A DNA stretch of 63,979 nucleotides from Phycisphaera mikurensis (lineage in GTDB: Bacteria > Planctomycetota > Phycisphaerae > UBA1845). The stretch lies in NCBI GenBank assembly GCA_005240095.1, contig SBAX01000058.1, forward strand, positions 1 through 63,979, read 5' to 3'. The notes beneath the pieces were generated by a model. It worked only from the letters and a program-made list of their open reading frames with translations, was not told the origin of the DNA and did no database searches. A program made the position numbers and the translations under genes. Position 1 is the first letter of the stretch. Every line of letters starts with the position of its first letter. This document shows, piece after piece, positions 16,678-26,036 of the stretch.

Positions 16678-18612
16678 CTATTGCAGGAAATCCAGCAGCG
16701 ACAAACTGAGCGTCGCCGAGCTGGCCTGCATGTTCGCCTGGAGGCGGGTCGTTGCGATCTGCAAGCGTGTGACCGCCTCCGCGTAATCAAGGTCCCGGAC
16801 TTCGGATAAGAACACCTCCGTCGCCGCGGAGACATCTTCCATCTGGATCCGCTTGGTGGACATCGTCGCCGCCCGCGCTCCGATGATCCCGTGCATCCGC
16901 GTGGCCTCCGTGCGAACCACGTCGAGGCGATTGCCTGCTGCCGAGATGCCCGGCGTGCTGTCGCCCCGCAGGGCGCGTTCCAGGTCAAGTAAGGCGCCGA
17001 GGATCCCCTCGGTTCGCTGCGGATTCACGTCCGTGCCGACGATCTCGGCCGTCGTGCCGCTGACCGACTGCGCTAACCCCAAGTCAGTGGCGGCGTCGGA
17101 ACCCAGCACGGCCACAGTCAAATCGCCTGTTCCCCCACTGCTGTCTTCGATGCGGATTCCATTGCCGGTGTCGGTAAATGAGGCCTCAATCGCCACGTCG
17201 GCGTCCTCGGCGACCTGGTTGATCCGATCGATGACATCCCCCACAGTCACTGCCCCATCCAGATCCACATCCAGCGAGTCGCCGTCTTTCGCAATAATCC
17301 GCAGATCCCCACTCACTTCGTTTGTGGTGACCCCGTCGCCGAAGTTGAGCTGGGCGATGGGCGTCGCGGAATTGAACGTCCGAATCCCCAGGTCCGTCGC
17401 CGTCGTTCCCCCGTTTTCACCGATGGTCAGTGAAGTTCCCGAGATCTGATTGAACACATCGATGCCCGTGCCCGCATCGTTGATTCGCGCGAGAACGTGC
17501 ACGCCGGCGGTGTTAATCGCATTGATGATGTCCTGCACCGTCACGGCATTGCTCAGATCGATGGTCGCCGTCTGCGTGCCGTTGGTGATGATCAGGCCGC
17601 TGTCTAAGTCGAGCCCCGCACCCCGAGCCAGATCCTCCACAGGCGTCAAGCGGGTGACACGTGGAGTCAGCGCGACTCCGGTGATCTCCGCCGTCGTCGG
17701 CTGCGTGGTGAAGATGCCCAAGTCTGTCGCTACTCCTCCGCCGGTATCCGTCACGGTCACCGCGGCGCTGCCCGGGTTCAGCACCAGCCCGGTGTCACCA
17801 AGCCCCGCAGTGACCTGCGCGCCGGCCGCCTGGGCCGCACGGTTGATCAGATCAACCACGTCGCCGATCGTGTTGGCTGAGCTGAGGTCGACGGTGAACA
17901 CGCCGGCCCCATTGATCTCGTTGACGATCAACGTGCCGCCGCGAATCGTCTGTCCGGAGGCGCCGGTCATGTCATCCAGTCGTGTGGAAGGCAGCAACAG
18001 CGGCGTCAGATCCACGTCGCTCGTAATGGAGGCCGACAGCGCCCCGAAGACCAGACTGCCGGGCATGCTGATCGGAGATTGCAGCAGCGCGTCGGGGCGG
18101 ACGAGCAGCTCTCCGACGTCTCCGACGTAGGCAACTCCGCCAAGGGCGTCGATGAACGGGACTTCAACGGTCTGCCGGCCCCCGAAGAGATACCGGCCGT
18201 TGAACTGCCGATTGGCAATCGCCTGTACCTGCTGGCGGATCGCGGCCACGACTTCGGCCTCCGCCTCCCGCTCCGCCTCGCTGGTCAGGTTGCTGACCGT
18301 TTGACTGGCAATTGCCGAGGCCTGAATCAGTAGCCCGTTGATCTCCGTCAGGGCACTGTCCGCGGCCGTGAGGAACGTATCTCCATACTGGGCGTTCGTG
18401 CGATACTGGTCCTGGCGCAGCAGGGCCTGGGAGAGGTCCGTCGCCCGGGCGGCTCCCACCGGATTCTCGCTGGGGGTAGCGAAACTCCGCCCCGTCGCCA
18501 GGCGAGTCTGCGTCAGGAACAGATCACGCTGATTGCGGCGCAGCGACTCCAACGTCAGCGTCGCGCTGAGGTTGTTGCTGATTCGAGTCACATTGACCGG
18601 GCTTATCGCCAT
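16678..18612 (-). CDS. flgL: Flagellar hook-associated protein 3 (FlgL) with an expanded central region
   Basis: 644 aa. The ends are flagellin-like (N: NNLSATLTLESLRRNQRDLFLTQTRLATGRSF; C: AVTRLQIATTRLQANMQASSATLSLSLLDFLQ). It follows flgK. Confidence 0.85.
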   Translation of the reverse strand: MAISPVNVTRISNNLSATLTLESLRRNQRDLFLTQTRLATGRSFATPSENPVGAARATDLSQALLRQDQYRTNAQYGDTFLTAADSALTEINGLLIQASAIASQTVSNLTSEAEREAEAEVVAAIRQQVQAIANRQFNGRYLFGGRQTVEVPFIDALGGVAYVGDVGELLVRPDALLQSPISMPGSLVFGALSASITSDVDLTPLLLPSTRLDDMTGASGQTIRGGTLIVNEINGAGVFTVDLSSANTIGDVVDLINRAAQAAGAQVTAGLGDTGLVLNPGSAAVTVTDTGGGVATDLGIFTTQPTTAEITGVALTPRVTRLTPVEDLARGAGLDLDSGLIITNGTQTATIDLSNAVTVQDIINAINTAGVHVLARINDAGTGIDVFNQISGTSLTIGENGGTTATDLGIRTFNSATPIAQLNFGDGVTTNEVSGDLRIIAKDGDSLDVDLDGAVTVGDVIDRINQVAEDADVAIEASFTDTGNGIRIEDSSGGTGDLTVAVLGSDAATDLGLAQSVSGTTAEIVGTDVNPQRTEGILGALLDLERALRGDSTPGISAAGNRLDVVRTEATRMHGIIGARAATMSTKRIQMEDVSAATEVFLSEVRDLDYAEAVTRLQIATTRLQANMQASSATLSLSLLDFLQ

Positions 18613-18617
18613 GTATC

Positions 18618-18656
18618 TTCTCCCTCTCCCTCCAAGGGAGAGGGTCGGGGTGAGGG
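18618..18656. repeat. Dispersed GC hairpin element, copy 1 (TTCTCCCTCTCCC-TCCAA-GGGAGAGGG-TCGGGGTGAGGG)
   Basis: Seen directly. A near-identical copy is at 31508-31540, and a 15-nt inverted fragment (GGGGTGAGGGTCGAG) is at 13930-13944. Confidence 0.7.
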
Positions 18657-18682
18657 TCGAGAGACCGGCTCACCCGATAGAC

Positions 18683-20413
18683 CTACCGCAAGAGCGCCAC
18701 CAATTCTCCCAACAACCTCTCAACAACCGTCACGTATCTCGTCGCACCTTGAAAGGCGCGTTCGTACTTGAGCAAGGCGATAGCTTCCTCATCGAGGTTG
18801 ACCCCGCTGATCGCTTCCTTCTGCGCCGCAAGCGACGAAAGGACCGCACTGGCTGCCTCTACGTCGGCATTGGCCGCCGCACCCGCTACCGCCACCGTGT
18901 TGGTGATGCCGTTGTAGTACGCGGTGATCGGCACCCCCGCGAGTCGCGCGCTCGGCGTTGTATCGAGCTGCGCGATCCGGCCGGCGTTGGTCCCGTCGCC
19001 GGGCAGGAACACCGACCCTGCTGCCAGCAGCGACGAGTCGGCCTGCAGTGCCTCGCTTACGCCGATGTTGTTGGCGTCTGTACCCGTGAAAAAAGTGTTG
19101 ATCCCCAGCGCCGCCAGGACGCCGGAGCTGTCCTCCCGGAAATGCTGACCATCCCATCCGAAGGTAAACGACACGCCGGGATCGGCCACGAGTGACAAAC
19201 GTCCGTCACTGGTCACGGAAGCTGTCACCCCGATGACCTGGGTATTGATGCTGTCAACCAGCGACTGGAGCGTCGTGTCTGCGGCCGTGCCGTCCAAGGT
19301 CACGTCAATGCGGTAGGCCACCGGCGTATGCGTTGCGTCGTCCGCGACGGTGATGAAGAAGCTGCCGCTGCGGGGCGCCGTGGCCAGCCCGGCCGAGGCC
19401 GAGTCCAACACCGCGTCCGCTGCGAGCACATCGTTCGTCCCGATGACCTCGTCAAATCCGATCAGACCCTGCCCATCGGCATGAACCCGGTTCACATCAT
19501 GAATCAGCGCCGCGGCAAGCTCGTCGAGCGCCGCGATCCGTCCATAGGCATCCTGATCCCGGGCGATGATCAGGCCTTCCAGCCGCCCGCCGCGAACCTC
19601 AATCTGCTGGTTGGTGTCCGCAAAGCGGACTGTGGTTCGCGGGAATTCGCCCTCGATCTCCGTCACAGCCACCAGCCCGCGCGAGACGGCCGCCTGGACG
19701 AGGGCTTCGCTGCCGATGTATACGTTAATGGCCCCGTCCGGCTGCTCGCGCACGATGACGTCCACGAGTTCGCTCAGGTCTCGCAGCAATCCGTCGCGCT
19801 GATCACGCAGTGCCGTTGCCTGCCCGCGGCGACCCGCCTCCCCGGTGGTAATCTGTGCATTCAGCTCCGCGATCTGCCGGGCGATGTCATCGGCCCGGGT
19901 CACTACGTCGGCGATCTGCCCGTCGATATCCTCCCCAAGCTGCAAGAGCTGGGCCCGCAGCGAACGGAAGCTATTGGCCAACTGCACGCCGCCGGAGACG
20001 GTCAGGTCGCGGATGGCTCGATCCTCTGCGGTGTTCTCCACATCCGAAAAGCGACGGAAGAACTCGCTGAGTTGCGATCCAACACCCGCCCCGCTCACGT
20101 CGTCGAAGAAGGATTCAACCTGGGCAAGCGTAGTCTGCCGCGCCCCCGCCGACTGCTCTCCGCCGATAGCCAGCCGCAGGCGCCCCTCCAACGCCTCGTC
20201 GACGTACCGCTGGATATCCGTTAGCGCAACCCCGGCGCCGGGTTGCAGATCATTAGCGACCAAGCTGCCCTGGATGGGATCGAGCTGCGGGGCCAGGCGC
20301 GTGTAGTCCGGGCTGCCGGCGCTGCTGATGTTGCTGCCGACGGTCTGGAGGGCGCCCTGGTAGCTCATCAGGGCACTCCGGCCGATCTGTAATGCGGAGT
20401 TAAGCAGCCCCAT
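18683..20413 (-). CDS. flgK: Flagellar hook-associated protein 1 (FlgK)
   Basis: 576 aa. The N-terminus is MGLLNSALQIGRSALMSYQGALQTVGSNISSAGSPDYTR and the C-terminus is NLDEEAIALLKYERAFQGATRYVTVVERLL. Confidence 0.9.
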   Translation of the reverse strand: MGLLNSALQIGRSALMSYQGALQTVGSNISSAGSPDYTRLAPQLDPIQGSLVANDLQPGAGVALTDIQRYVDEALEGRLRLAIGGEQSAGARQTTLAQVESFFDDVSGAGVGSQLSEFFRRFSDVENTAEDRAIRDLTVSGGVQLANSFRSLRAQLLQLGEDIDGQIADVVTRADDIARQIAELNAQITTGEAGRRGQATALRDQRDGLLRDLSELVDVIVREQPDGAINVYIGSEALVQAAVSRGLVAVTEIEGEFPRTTVRFADTNQQIEVRGGRLEGLIIARDQDAYGRIAALDELAAALIHDVNRVHADGQGLIGFDEVIGTNDVLAADAVLDSASAGLATAPRSGSFFITVADDATHTPVAYRIDVTLDGTAADTTLQSLVDSINTQVIGVTASVTSDGRLSLVADPGVSFTFGWDGQHFREDSSGVLAALGINTFFTGTDANNIGVSEALQADSSLLAAGSVFLPGDGTNAGRIAQLDTTPSARLAGVPITAYYNGITNTVAVAGAAANADVEAASAVLSSLAAQKEAISGVNLDEEAIALLKYERAFQGATRYVTVVERLLGELVALLR

Positions 20414-20415
20414 AG

Positions 20416-20937
20416 CTACCCCACCAGCTCCAAGAAAGCGGCTCTGTCGCTGCCCACTAACGTCCCGTTGCCGGCATATCCGTTGGGTTTCTCATCCCGG
20501 GGGCGGACCGCGGCCATTACCCACCGAAGGTGATGCACCAGCTCGAGTGAAACCGCTCCGCAGACCCGGTTGGCCTGGGTCACCTTCATCACTACGCGGC
20601 GAAGTTGGTCTGCAGCCGCCTGCAGGGCATCCCGCTGGGGACCCTCGAGCCGTTCGGCAAGCTGGGAGACACTCATGGCCCGGCACGCCCGCGGGGGAAG
20701 TCCCACTTCGCTGCCGATGGCGTCCATCAGTTGGCCGCGAAAGCTCTCCCGTTCGGTGAGCCGCTGGATGAGGGCGATCTCCCGCGCCGAGCACTCCGTC
20801 AGTGCCGGCACGTCAGCCCTGCGCATGCCCGCGATCTTCGCGTCCACCAAGGTGAACAATTCCTCGTGCAAGGCGCGAAGCTGCTCGAGAAGCCTTTGCA
20901 AGTCCCGAACCCGCTTGCTTTCCGCGATCGCCGTCAT
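20416..20937 (-). CDS. FlgN-like flagellar chaperone
   Basis: A 173-aa helical protein immediately upstream of flgK, with a 2-nt gap and a 4-nt overlap with the preceding gene. The call rests on position and composition. Confidence 0.5.
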   Translation of the reverse strand: MTAIAESKRVRDLQRLLEQLRALHEELFTLVDAKIAGMRRADVPALTECSAREIALIQRLTERESFRGQLMDAIGSEVGLPPRACRAMSVSQLAERLEGPQRDALQAAADQLRRVVMKVTQANRVCGAVSLELVHHLRWVMAAVRPRDEKPNGYAGNGTLVGSDRAAFLELVG

Positions 20938-21260
20938 GTCCTCCCCCCTTTCGCCGTGTTGCTGAACAGCACCTGCTGCTTTTCAAGTCGGTGGAATAAG
21001 GCCTGCGAGGCACCGCTGGTGGACGCCTGGCCCATTTGTTCCGCCCACATACCGTGGAGCTGTGCGGCGAAGACCTCTTCACCGCGCCCGCCGTGTCCGT
21101 AGGGTCCCTGCAGCTTGCTCTCGCGCATGGTCTTCAGCAGCGTCCCGAAGAATACCGATCCCACGACCTGCCCGGTCGCGTCCCGCAGCCGCTCGACGTC
21201 GCGCTCCACAGCGTTTCCCTGCGTGACCAGACTGTTGATGCCCACTACTTGCACGGTCAT
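20934..21260 (-). CDS. Rod-binding protein (FlgJ N-terminal-domain type, no glucosaminidase domain)
   Basis: 108 aa. VFFGTLLKTMRESKL....GGRGEEVFAAQLHGMWAEQM fits the Rod_binding motif (F...llk.Mr.....fgg..ge.....l...la). It follows flgI, as in flgHIJ clusters. Confidence 0.6.
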   Translation of the reverse strand: MTVQVVGINSLVTQGNAVERDVERLRDATGQVVGSVFFGTLLKTMRESKLQGPYGHGGRGEEVFAAQLHGMWAEQMGQASTSGASQALFHRLEKQQVLFSNTAKGGRT

Positions 21261-22417
21261 CCCTCGTACATCAGCTTCGCGTGGAGCTTGCCCGCGCGGT
21301 GGATCTCTTCCAGGATGGATACCCGATCCTTGAATGGCACTTTCAAACGGTTCAGGGCGTCGAGCAGGTCGCGCACGTTGGGCAGGCGGTTCTGCTGAGA
21401 ATCGATGGCCACGAATTCCTGCTGCACGGTGGGCGGCAGGGCCGTCTTTGCTTCAGCCTCGGGGTTGGCGACGGTGACCGTCAGGCCAAGCTGCGAAATC
21501 ACGACTGGAGAGATGCGCGTGTCCCCAGTCACCACGATGGTCCCCGCGCGGCGGTTGACCGTAACCCGGGCCTCGCCCGACTCCATGAGGATCGGCGTGC
21601 GTTCTACGTCGCGAATCCAGGAGGCAGGATCGCCGCGCTGGTGGGCCGGAAGAAGGACGATCACATTCTTGCTGTCCACGGCGAGGGCCACGCGCTCGAC
21701 GTCGGCGGACATGCTCAGTTCCTTGTCTACTGCCTGAGCAATGGATGCGGCCATCGACCATCCCGCGTGGGCGTCATCGATCACCAGGGTGATGTAGGTT
21801 TCGTTGGGCTGCAGCCAGGGGCTCTGGATGCCGGCGGCTTTCAGTTCCGTGCCCGTGGCCACCACGTTGACGAAGATGTCCCTCTCCAGGCGAGCGCCGT
21901 CGCGGATGGTTCCATGCGTAGCCACAAGGGGATCGACGACGATCCGCCCGGAGGCGAACCCGAACAGGCCCTCGACGCTGCGGTCATGGTAGATGAGAGG
22001 TGTCGGCAACAGGCGACCGCCCTCCAGACTCTTCGCCGCTACGGCGCTAAGCGCTACATCCAGGAGTTCGCCTTCTCGCCCGCCGTTTTCGGGAACGGTC
22101 ACTTCGAGCATGACTACGGCCGTGTTCTTGCTGGCTTCCACGTCGTCGAGGGACTCCACCTCGGCGCCGAAGCGCCGCATCATTTCCGCCACCGCCCGCA
22201 TGGTGGGAAGGAACTTTCCGCCATCGCCGCTTTTGTCCAGGCCGGTAACCAGGCCGTAGCCCACCAGCGTATTGCGCCCCTGGCCCTGAAGGTGGGTGAC
22301 GTCGCTGACCCGCGCCGTGGGAATCTGCCCCAGGCTGGGAGTCACACACATCGTGACGAGCAAGCTGACAAGGCGTTTCATCATCCGACTTTCCGCTTTA
22401 CACCGGCCACTGATCAC
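21257..22417 (-). CDS. flgI: Flagellar P-ring protein FlgI
   Basis: 386 aa with a signal peptide. Motifs are RVSDVTHLQGQGRNTLVGYGLVTGLDKSGDG and ..VTVNRRAGTIVVTGDTRISPV.. Confidence 0.9.
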   Translation of the reverse strand: MISGRCKAESRMMKRLVSLLVTMCVTPSLGQIPTARVSDVTHLQGQGRNTLVGYGLVTGLDKSGDGGKFLPTMRAVAEMMRRFGAEVESLDDVEASKNTAVVMLEVTVPENGGREGELLDVALSAVAAKSLEGGRLLPTPLIYHDRSVEGLFGFASGRIVVDPLVATHGTIRDGARLERDIFVNVVATGTELKAAGIQSPWLQPNETYITLVIDDAHAGWSMAASIAQAVDKELSMSADVERVALAVDSKNVIVLLPAHQRGDPASWIRDVERTPILMESGEARVTVNRRAGTIVVTGDTRISPVVISQLGLTVTVANPEAEAKTALPPTVQQEFVAIDSQQNRLPNVRDLLDALNRLKVPFKDRVSILEEIHRAGKLHAKLMYEG

Positions 22418-22434
22418 CGGTCACCAGCCACTCC

Positions 22435-23148
22435 TCAAAACGGCTTCAGCAAGTCGACCAACTTCGGGATCCATCCCCGACTCGACGCCTTCCGCAGCGC
22501 TCCCTTGTTGTTAATCGCCACTTCCTTGTCCGCGATTTGAGTGCTCAACACGGTGTTGTCCGCGGTCACATCTTCCTTGCGGCACATGCCCGTCAGAGTG
22601 ATCTCGCTCTTCTCCTCGTCGTGAATGACCTTAGCCCGCGCTTCGATCACCAGCAGACCATTGGGCTTGACGTCGATGATCGTGCCGGTGATGCGCGTGG
22701 TCAGCTTGTCCTCGCGCGAAGAGTCGCCTTCGTTCTTGAGTTTCTGATTGAACTTGTAGTCGATGTTGGGTACACCGCGGCGGAACTCGGCGGCACCGAG
22801 TCCACCTTCGGTCGGCTTCACGAAGGCGTCCAGCGTACTTTTCACGTCGTACTTGCTCTTCGTCTCCAGGTCCGCATCGGCCTCCCACTTACGTTGCTCG
22901 CGTACGATGATGGTGATCAGATCGCCGAGCTTGAAGGTCTTGGGCGGCGCCGGGGTCGCGGCAGTCCAGCCATAGCGCTCGTAGATCAGGTTCCTGGGAC
23001 GCATTACGGTCTCGCGGCCCTCGAAAGGCAATGGCTTGGCGGCATTTGCGGCGCGCTCTTTCACGCCGATGGACGACGTCTGGGCAGGCGCATCGGCTGC
23101 CCAGCTCAGGCTCGCAACGTAGAGCAGCACACAGGCGTGCTTATTCAT
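22435..23148 (-). CDS. flgH: Flagellar L-ring protein FlgH
   Basis: 237 aa with a signal peptide. Motifs are GDLITIIVREQ..., TGTIIDVKPNGLLVIEARAKV.., and ITLTGMCRKEDVTADNTVLSTQIAD. Confidence 0.9.
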   Translation of the reverse strand: MNKHACVLLYVASLSWAADAPAQTSSIGVKERAANAAKPLPFEGRETVMRPRNLIYERYGWTAATPAPPKTFKLGDLITIIVREQRKWEADADLETKSKYDVKSTLDAFVKPTEGGLGAAEFRRGVPNIDYKFNQKLKNEGDSSREDKLTTRITGTIIDVKPNGLLVIEARAKVIHDEEKSEITLTGMCRKEDVTADNTVLSTQIADKEVAINNKGALRKASSRGWIPKLVDLLKPF

Positions 23149-24362
23149 GATCCCGCTCCCAATGCCAGACGCGGCTCGCTGTCTTCTGCTGCCCGAGCGC
23201 CGATCTCCACCTCGCCGGGCCCGGTGACAACCGCGTCGAACTCCACGCGCTTGTCATCCACGGAGCGCACCTTAATGAGCTCGCCGAGCCGACCATCGGC
23301 CGCCGCCTTGCCCGTGGTCACCACACGGACCGCGCCGGCCGTCGAGGTCAGGGTCACCAACTGGCCGCGAACCACGAGGGGCACGGACTCCAACATGGCC
23401 GACTCGATGAGGGTGCCGGCGGGGATCACCTTCTTCGCCCGCTGGCCCACGACCTGCGCCATGTTGTCCAAGCCCAGCTCATCCAGCCGCGAAAACGAAA
23501 GGGAAGAAAGATCTACGTCTGCCGTGGCGATGGTGGCATCGAGATTAATCGTGCGGCGGGCCACGACGGCACGTCGAATCATCGTGACCTGTACCACGAG
23601 CGGCACGGTCTGAACGGCTTTTCCCGCGGCGAGGACGTCCACTTCGAGTGGACAAAGCCCTAGCGGTTGCGAACTGCGGCGACGAACCTTGAATTCATAC
23701 GCCGGACCGGAGAGATCCAGCACCTGGTCCGACGTGCGGTCGAACACCACCTCCGCCGTGCCGCCATAGCGGGCGAACTCGGCGCTAAAGTAGTCGATGA
23801 CGCTTTGTCGCAGGGTAATACCAGGTGCTGTCTGCTCCTGGTTGTTGGGCTGTAGGGAGCGTTGGGCGCGCACGCTTTGTGGAGAACCCTGCGTGCCTAC
23901 CGGCGCGGGTCGTGGGGCCGTTGGACGCGAGACGGCGCACTGCGTAGCTCCGCTGACCGTGACCTGGGCGGGGTTCACTCCGGCCGTTGTTAGGGCCGAG
24001 CGGACCAGCTCCAGGTGGATCATTCGCGATCCCCCCACCGCCGGGGCGTCCGTCACGATCGCGCTGGCGAGCTGCTTCTCGGTGGTGGCATCAAAGCCGC
24101 GGAGTTCGCACAGATCGTGAACGCGAACGTGATCCTCGACGACGACGGCCGAAGGCCACAGGCGGATAGTTCCGGCCTGTGATGCGGAAGCACAGCTCAG
24201 GCAGGAAGCGATCGCCCAGATCCACAGGTTCCGCGCGCACCGCGGGCGCGACGACCGACGGTCCTCCGTGACTCGTCGGACCGTCCCACCCGATCGCGCG
24301 TCCGGCGAGGCTCCCTCCTTGGTCGCCTCGCCCCTGACTCTATCGCACTCCTTGCGCATCAT
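23145..24362 (-). CDS. flgA: Flagellar P-ring formation chaperone FlgA (long N-terminal region)
   Basis: The C-terminal half carries SAF plus FlgA motifs: VVARRTINLDATIATADV..., VIPAGTLIESAMLESVPLVVRGQLVTL...VVTTGKAAADGRLGELIKVRS. The start is uncertain. Confidence 0.75.
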   Translation of the reverse strand: MMRKECDRVRGEATKEGASPDARSGGTVRRVTEDRRSSRPRCARNLWIWAIASCLSCASASQAGTIRLWPSAVVVEDHVRVHDLCELRGFDATTEKQLASAIVTDAPAVGGSRMIHLELVRSALTTAGVNPAQVTVSGATQCAVSRPTAPRPAPVGTQGSPQSVRAQRSLQPNNQEQTAPGITLRQSVIDYFSAEFARYGGTAEVVFDRTSDQVLDLSGPAYEFKVRRRSSQPLGLCPLEVDVLAAGKAVQTVPLVVQVTMIRRAVVARRTINLDATIATADVDLSSLSFSRLDELGLDNMAQVVGQRAKKVIPAGTLIESAMLESVPLVVRGQLVTLTSTAGAVRVVTTGKAAADGRLGELIKVRSVDDKRVEFDAVVTGPGEVEIGARAAEDSEPRLALGAGS

Positions 24363-24432
24363 CTTGCTTCCTGCAACTTTCCGCCGATTCCTACGCTGGC
24401 CGCGCCGTGCTCTTCACCGGCCCGCCCGTTTC

Positions 24433-25242
24433 CTAGAACCTCCTGAGATTCGACACGATCTGCAGCGACTCATCCGCGCTTTGGATCGATTGACTGTTCA
24501 GCTCAAAGGCCCGCTGCGTGGTGATCAGGTCGATCAACTCCCGCACCGGGTCCACGTTGCTCATCTCCAGATTGCCCTGGGCAATGGCCCCCAGGCCGTC
24601 GGATTGCGGTGTCCCGCTCACCGGCGCGCCGGAGGCATCGGTTTCCAGATAGAGGTTGCGCCCGATCTGTTTGAGACCTTCAGGGTTTACGAAGCGGGCC
24701 AGTTCGATCTGCCCGACCGCGTTGAGGGTGTTCGAGCCCTCCTGGCGAACGCGGACCTCGCCGTTTCGCCCCACGGTGATCTCGATGGCATCCGCGGGGA
24801 TGCTGATCGGCGGCTCCAGGACCGAGCCGTCGCTGTTGCCCAGCACGATGTTGCCCACTGCGTTCTGGGCGAAGTTGCCTGCCCGCGTGTACGCCGTGAC
24901 TTCCGCGCCGTCCTGGATCGTGGTCACCTGAAAGAAACCCTCGCCTTCGATCTGCCAATCCAGGGGGCGCCCCGTGGGATCCACGGTGCCGTGTTCAAAG
25001 TTAAGCTGCGTGCCTGAGACCTTCACGCCCGTGCCGATCAGGATGCCGTGGGGGATGGGTTCGTCGTTGGCGTTGGGCACGCCCGGCTCGCGCTTCACCT
25101 GATAGAGCAAGTCTTCGAAGTTGACCCGCGAGCGTTTGAAGCCGTGGGTGTTGATGTTGGCGAGGTTGTTGGCCACGACGTTGAGCTTCTCGTCGAGGGC
25201 CCGCATCCCTGAAGCGGCTGCATGTAGTGCTGTGATCGCCAT
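24433..25242 (-). CDS. flgG: Flagellar distal rod protein FlgG
   Basis: 269 aa. The N-terminus is MAITALHAAASGMRALDEKLNVVANNLANINTHGFKR and the C-terminus is MSNVDPVRELIDLITTQRAFELNSQSIQSADE. Confidence 0.9.
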   Translation of the reverse strand: MAITALHAAASGMRALDEKLNVVANNLANINTHGFKRSRVNFEDLLYQVKREPGVPNANDEPIPHGILIGTGVKVSGTQLNFEHGTVDPTGRPLDWQIEGEGFFQVTTIQDGAEVTAYTRAGNFAQNAVGNIVLGNSDGSVLEPPISIPADAIEITVGRNGEVRVRQEGSNTLNAVGQIELARFVNPEGLKQIGRNLYLETDASGAPVSGTPQSDGLGAIAQGNLEMSNVDPVRELIDLITTQRAFELNSQSIQSADESLQIVSNLRRF

Positions 25243-25268
25243 CTCAACCTACTGCAAACTCAATGCCC

Positions 25269-26036
25269 CTATGCCACGCGGCCCAGCGTGGTCACGGCCT
25301 GCCCGGTCAACTGATCCTGAAGCTGGAGCAGCGTAGCGTTCATCTGGTACTCGCGCGACGCCTCAATCATCGTGGCCAGGCCCTGCATGATGTCGAAGTT
25401 CGAGCCCTCCAGAGAGCCGCTGATCAGCCGGCCTTTCCCGGGGACGGTCTCGCCAACGATAAGCTCGAAGAGGTTCTCCCCGACTTTTCGCAGCACGCGG
25501 GGGTTTTCGACGCTCGCCAGGGCGATCTGGCCGACATCGCTACCGCCCTGCCGGATGGTGCCATTCCCTGACACTTCCGGAGCCGAGCCCTCAGGATCGA
25601 CTTCAATCGGCTGCCCGCTGACGTCCAGCACCCGCCAGCGACCGGACTGCGTGGCCAGCACCAGCTCGCCTTCCGCGTTGATCGCCAGCGCACCGTTCCG
25701 CGTGTAGCGGGTGACTTCCCCATCACCGACGGTAAGAAATCCGTCGCCCTCGATAGCTACGTCCAAGGGCTTGCCTGTCCAATCGATGGGCCCCTGCTCC
25801 CAACTGTGGTACGCCGGCAGCACATTGACCCCGCCGGACAGCCCATCCAGCACGGGATGAGCGAGCCCCACGCCTGCGGGGTTCTCCCGGCTTTCGACCC
25901 GACGCTGCATGACCACGGCCAGATCGTGCTTGAAGCCCGCCGTCTGCTCGTTGGCGATGTTGTTGGCCAGCAGGGTCTGACGATGGTCGTTCACTTTCAT
26001 TCCGGCCGCGGAGAGCCAGAGTCCGTAGGTGCTCAT
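25269..26036 (-). CDS. flgF: Flagellar proximal rod protein FlgF
   Basis: 255 aa. The N-terminus is GLWLSAAGMKVNDHRQTLLANNIANEQTAGFK and the C-terminus is LEGSNFDIMQGLATMIEASREYQMNATLLQ. Confidence 0.85.
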   Translation of the reverse strand: MSTYGLWLSAAGMKVNDHRQTLLANNIANEQTAGFKHDLAVVMQRRVESRENPAGVGLAHPVLDGLSGGVNVLPAYHSWEQGPIDWTGKPLDVAIEGDGFLTVGDGEVTRYTRNGALAINAEGELVLATQSGRWRVLDVSGQPIEVDPEGSAPEVSGNGTIRQGGSDVGQIALASVENPRVLRKVGENLFELIVGETVPGKGRLISGSLEGSNFDIMQGLATMIEASREYQMNATLLQLQDQLTGQAVTTLGRVA

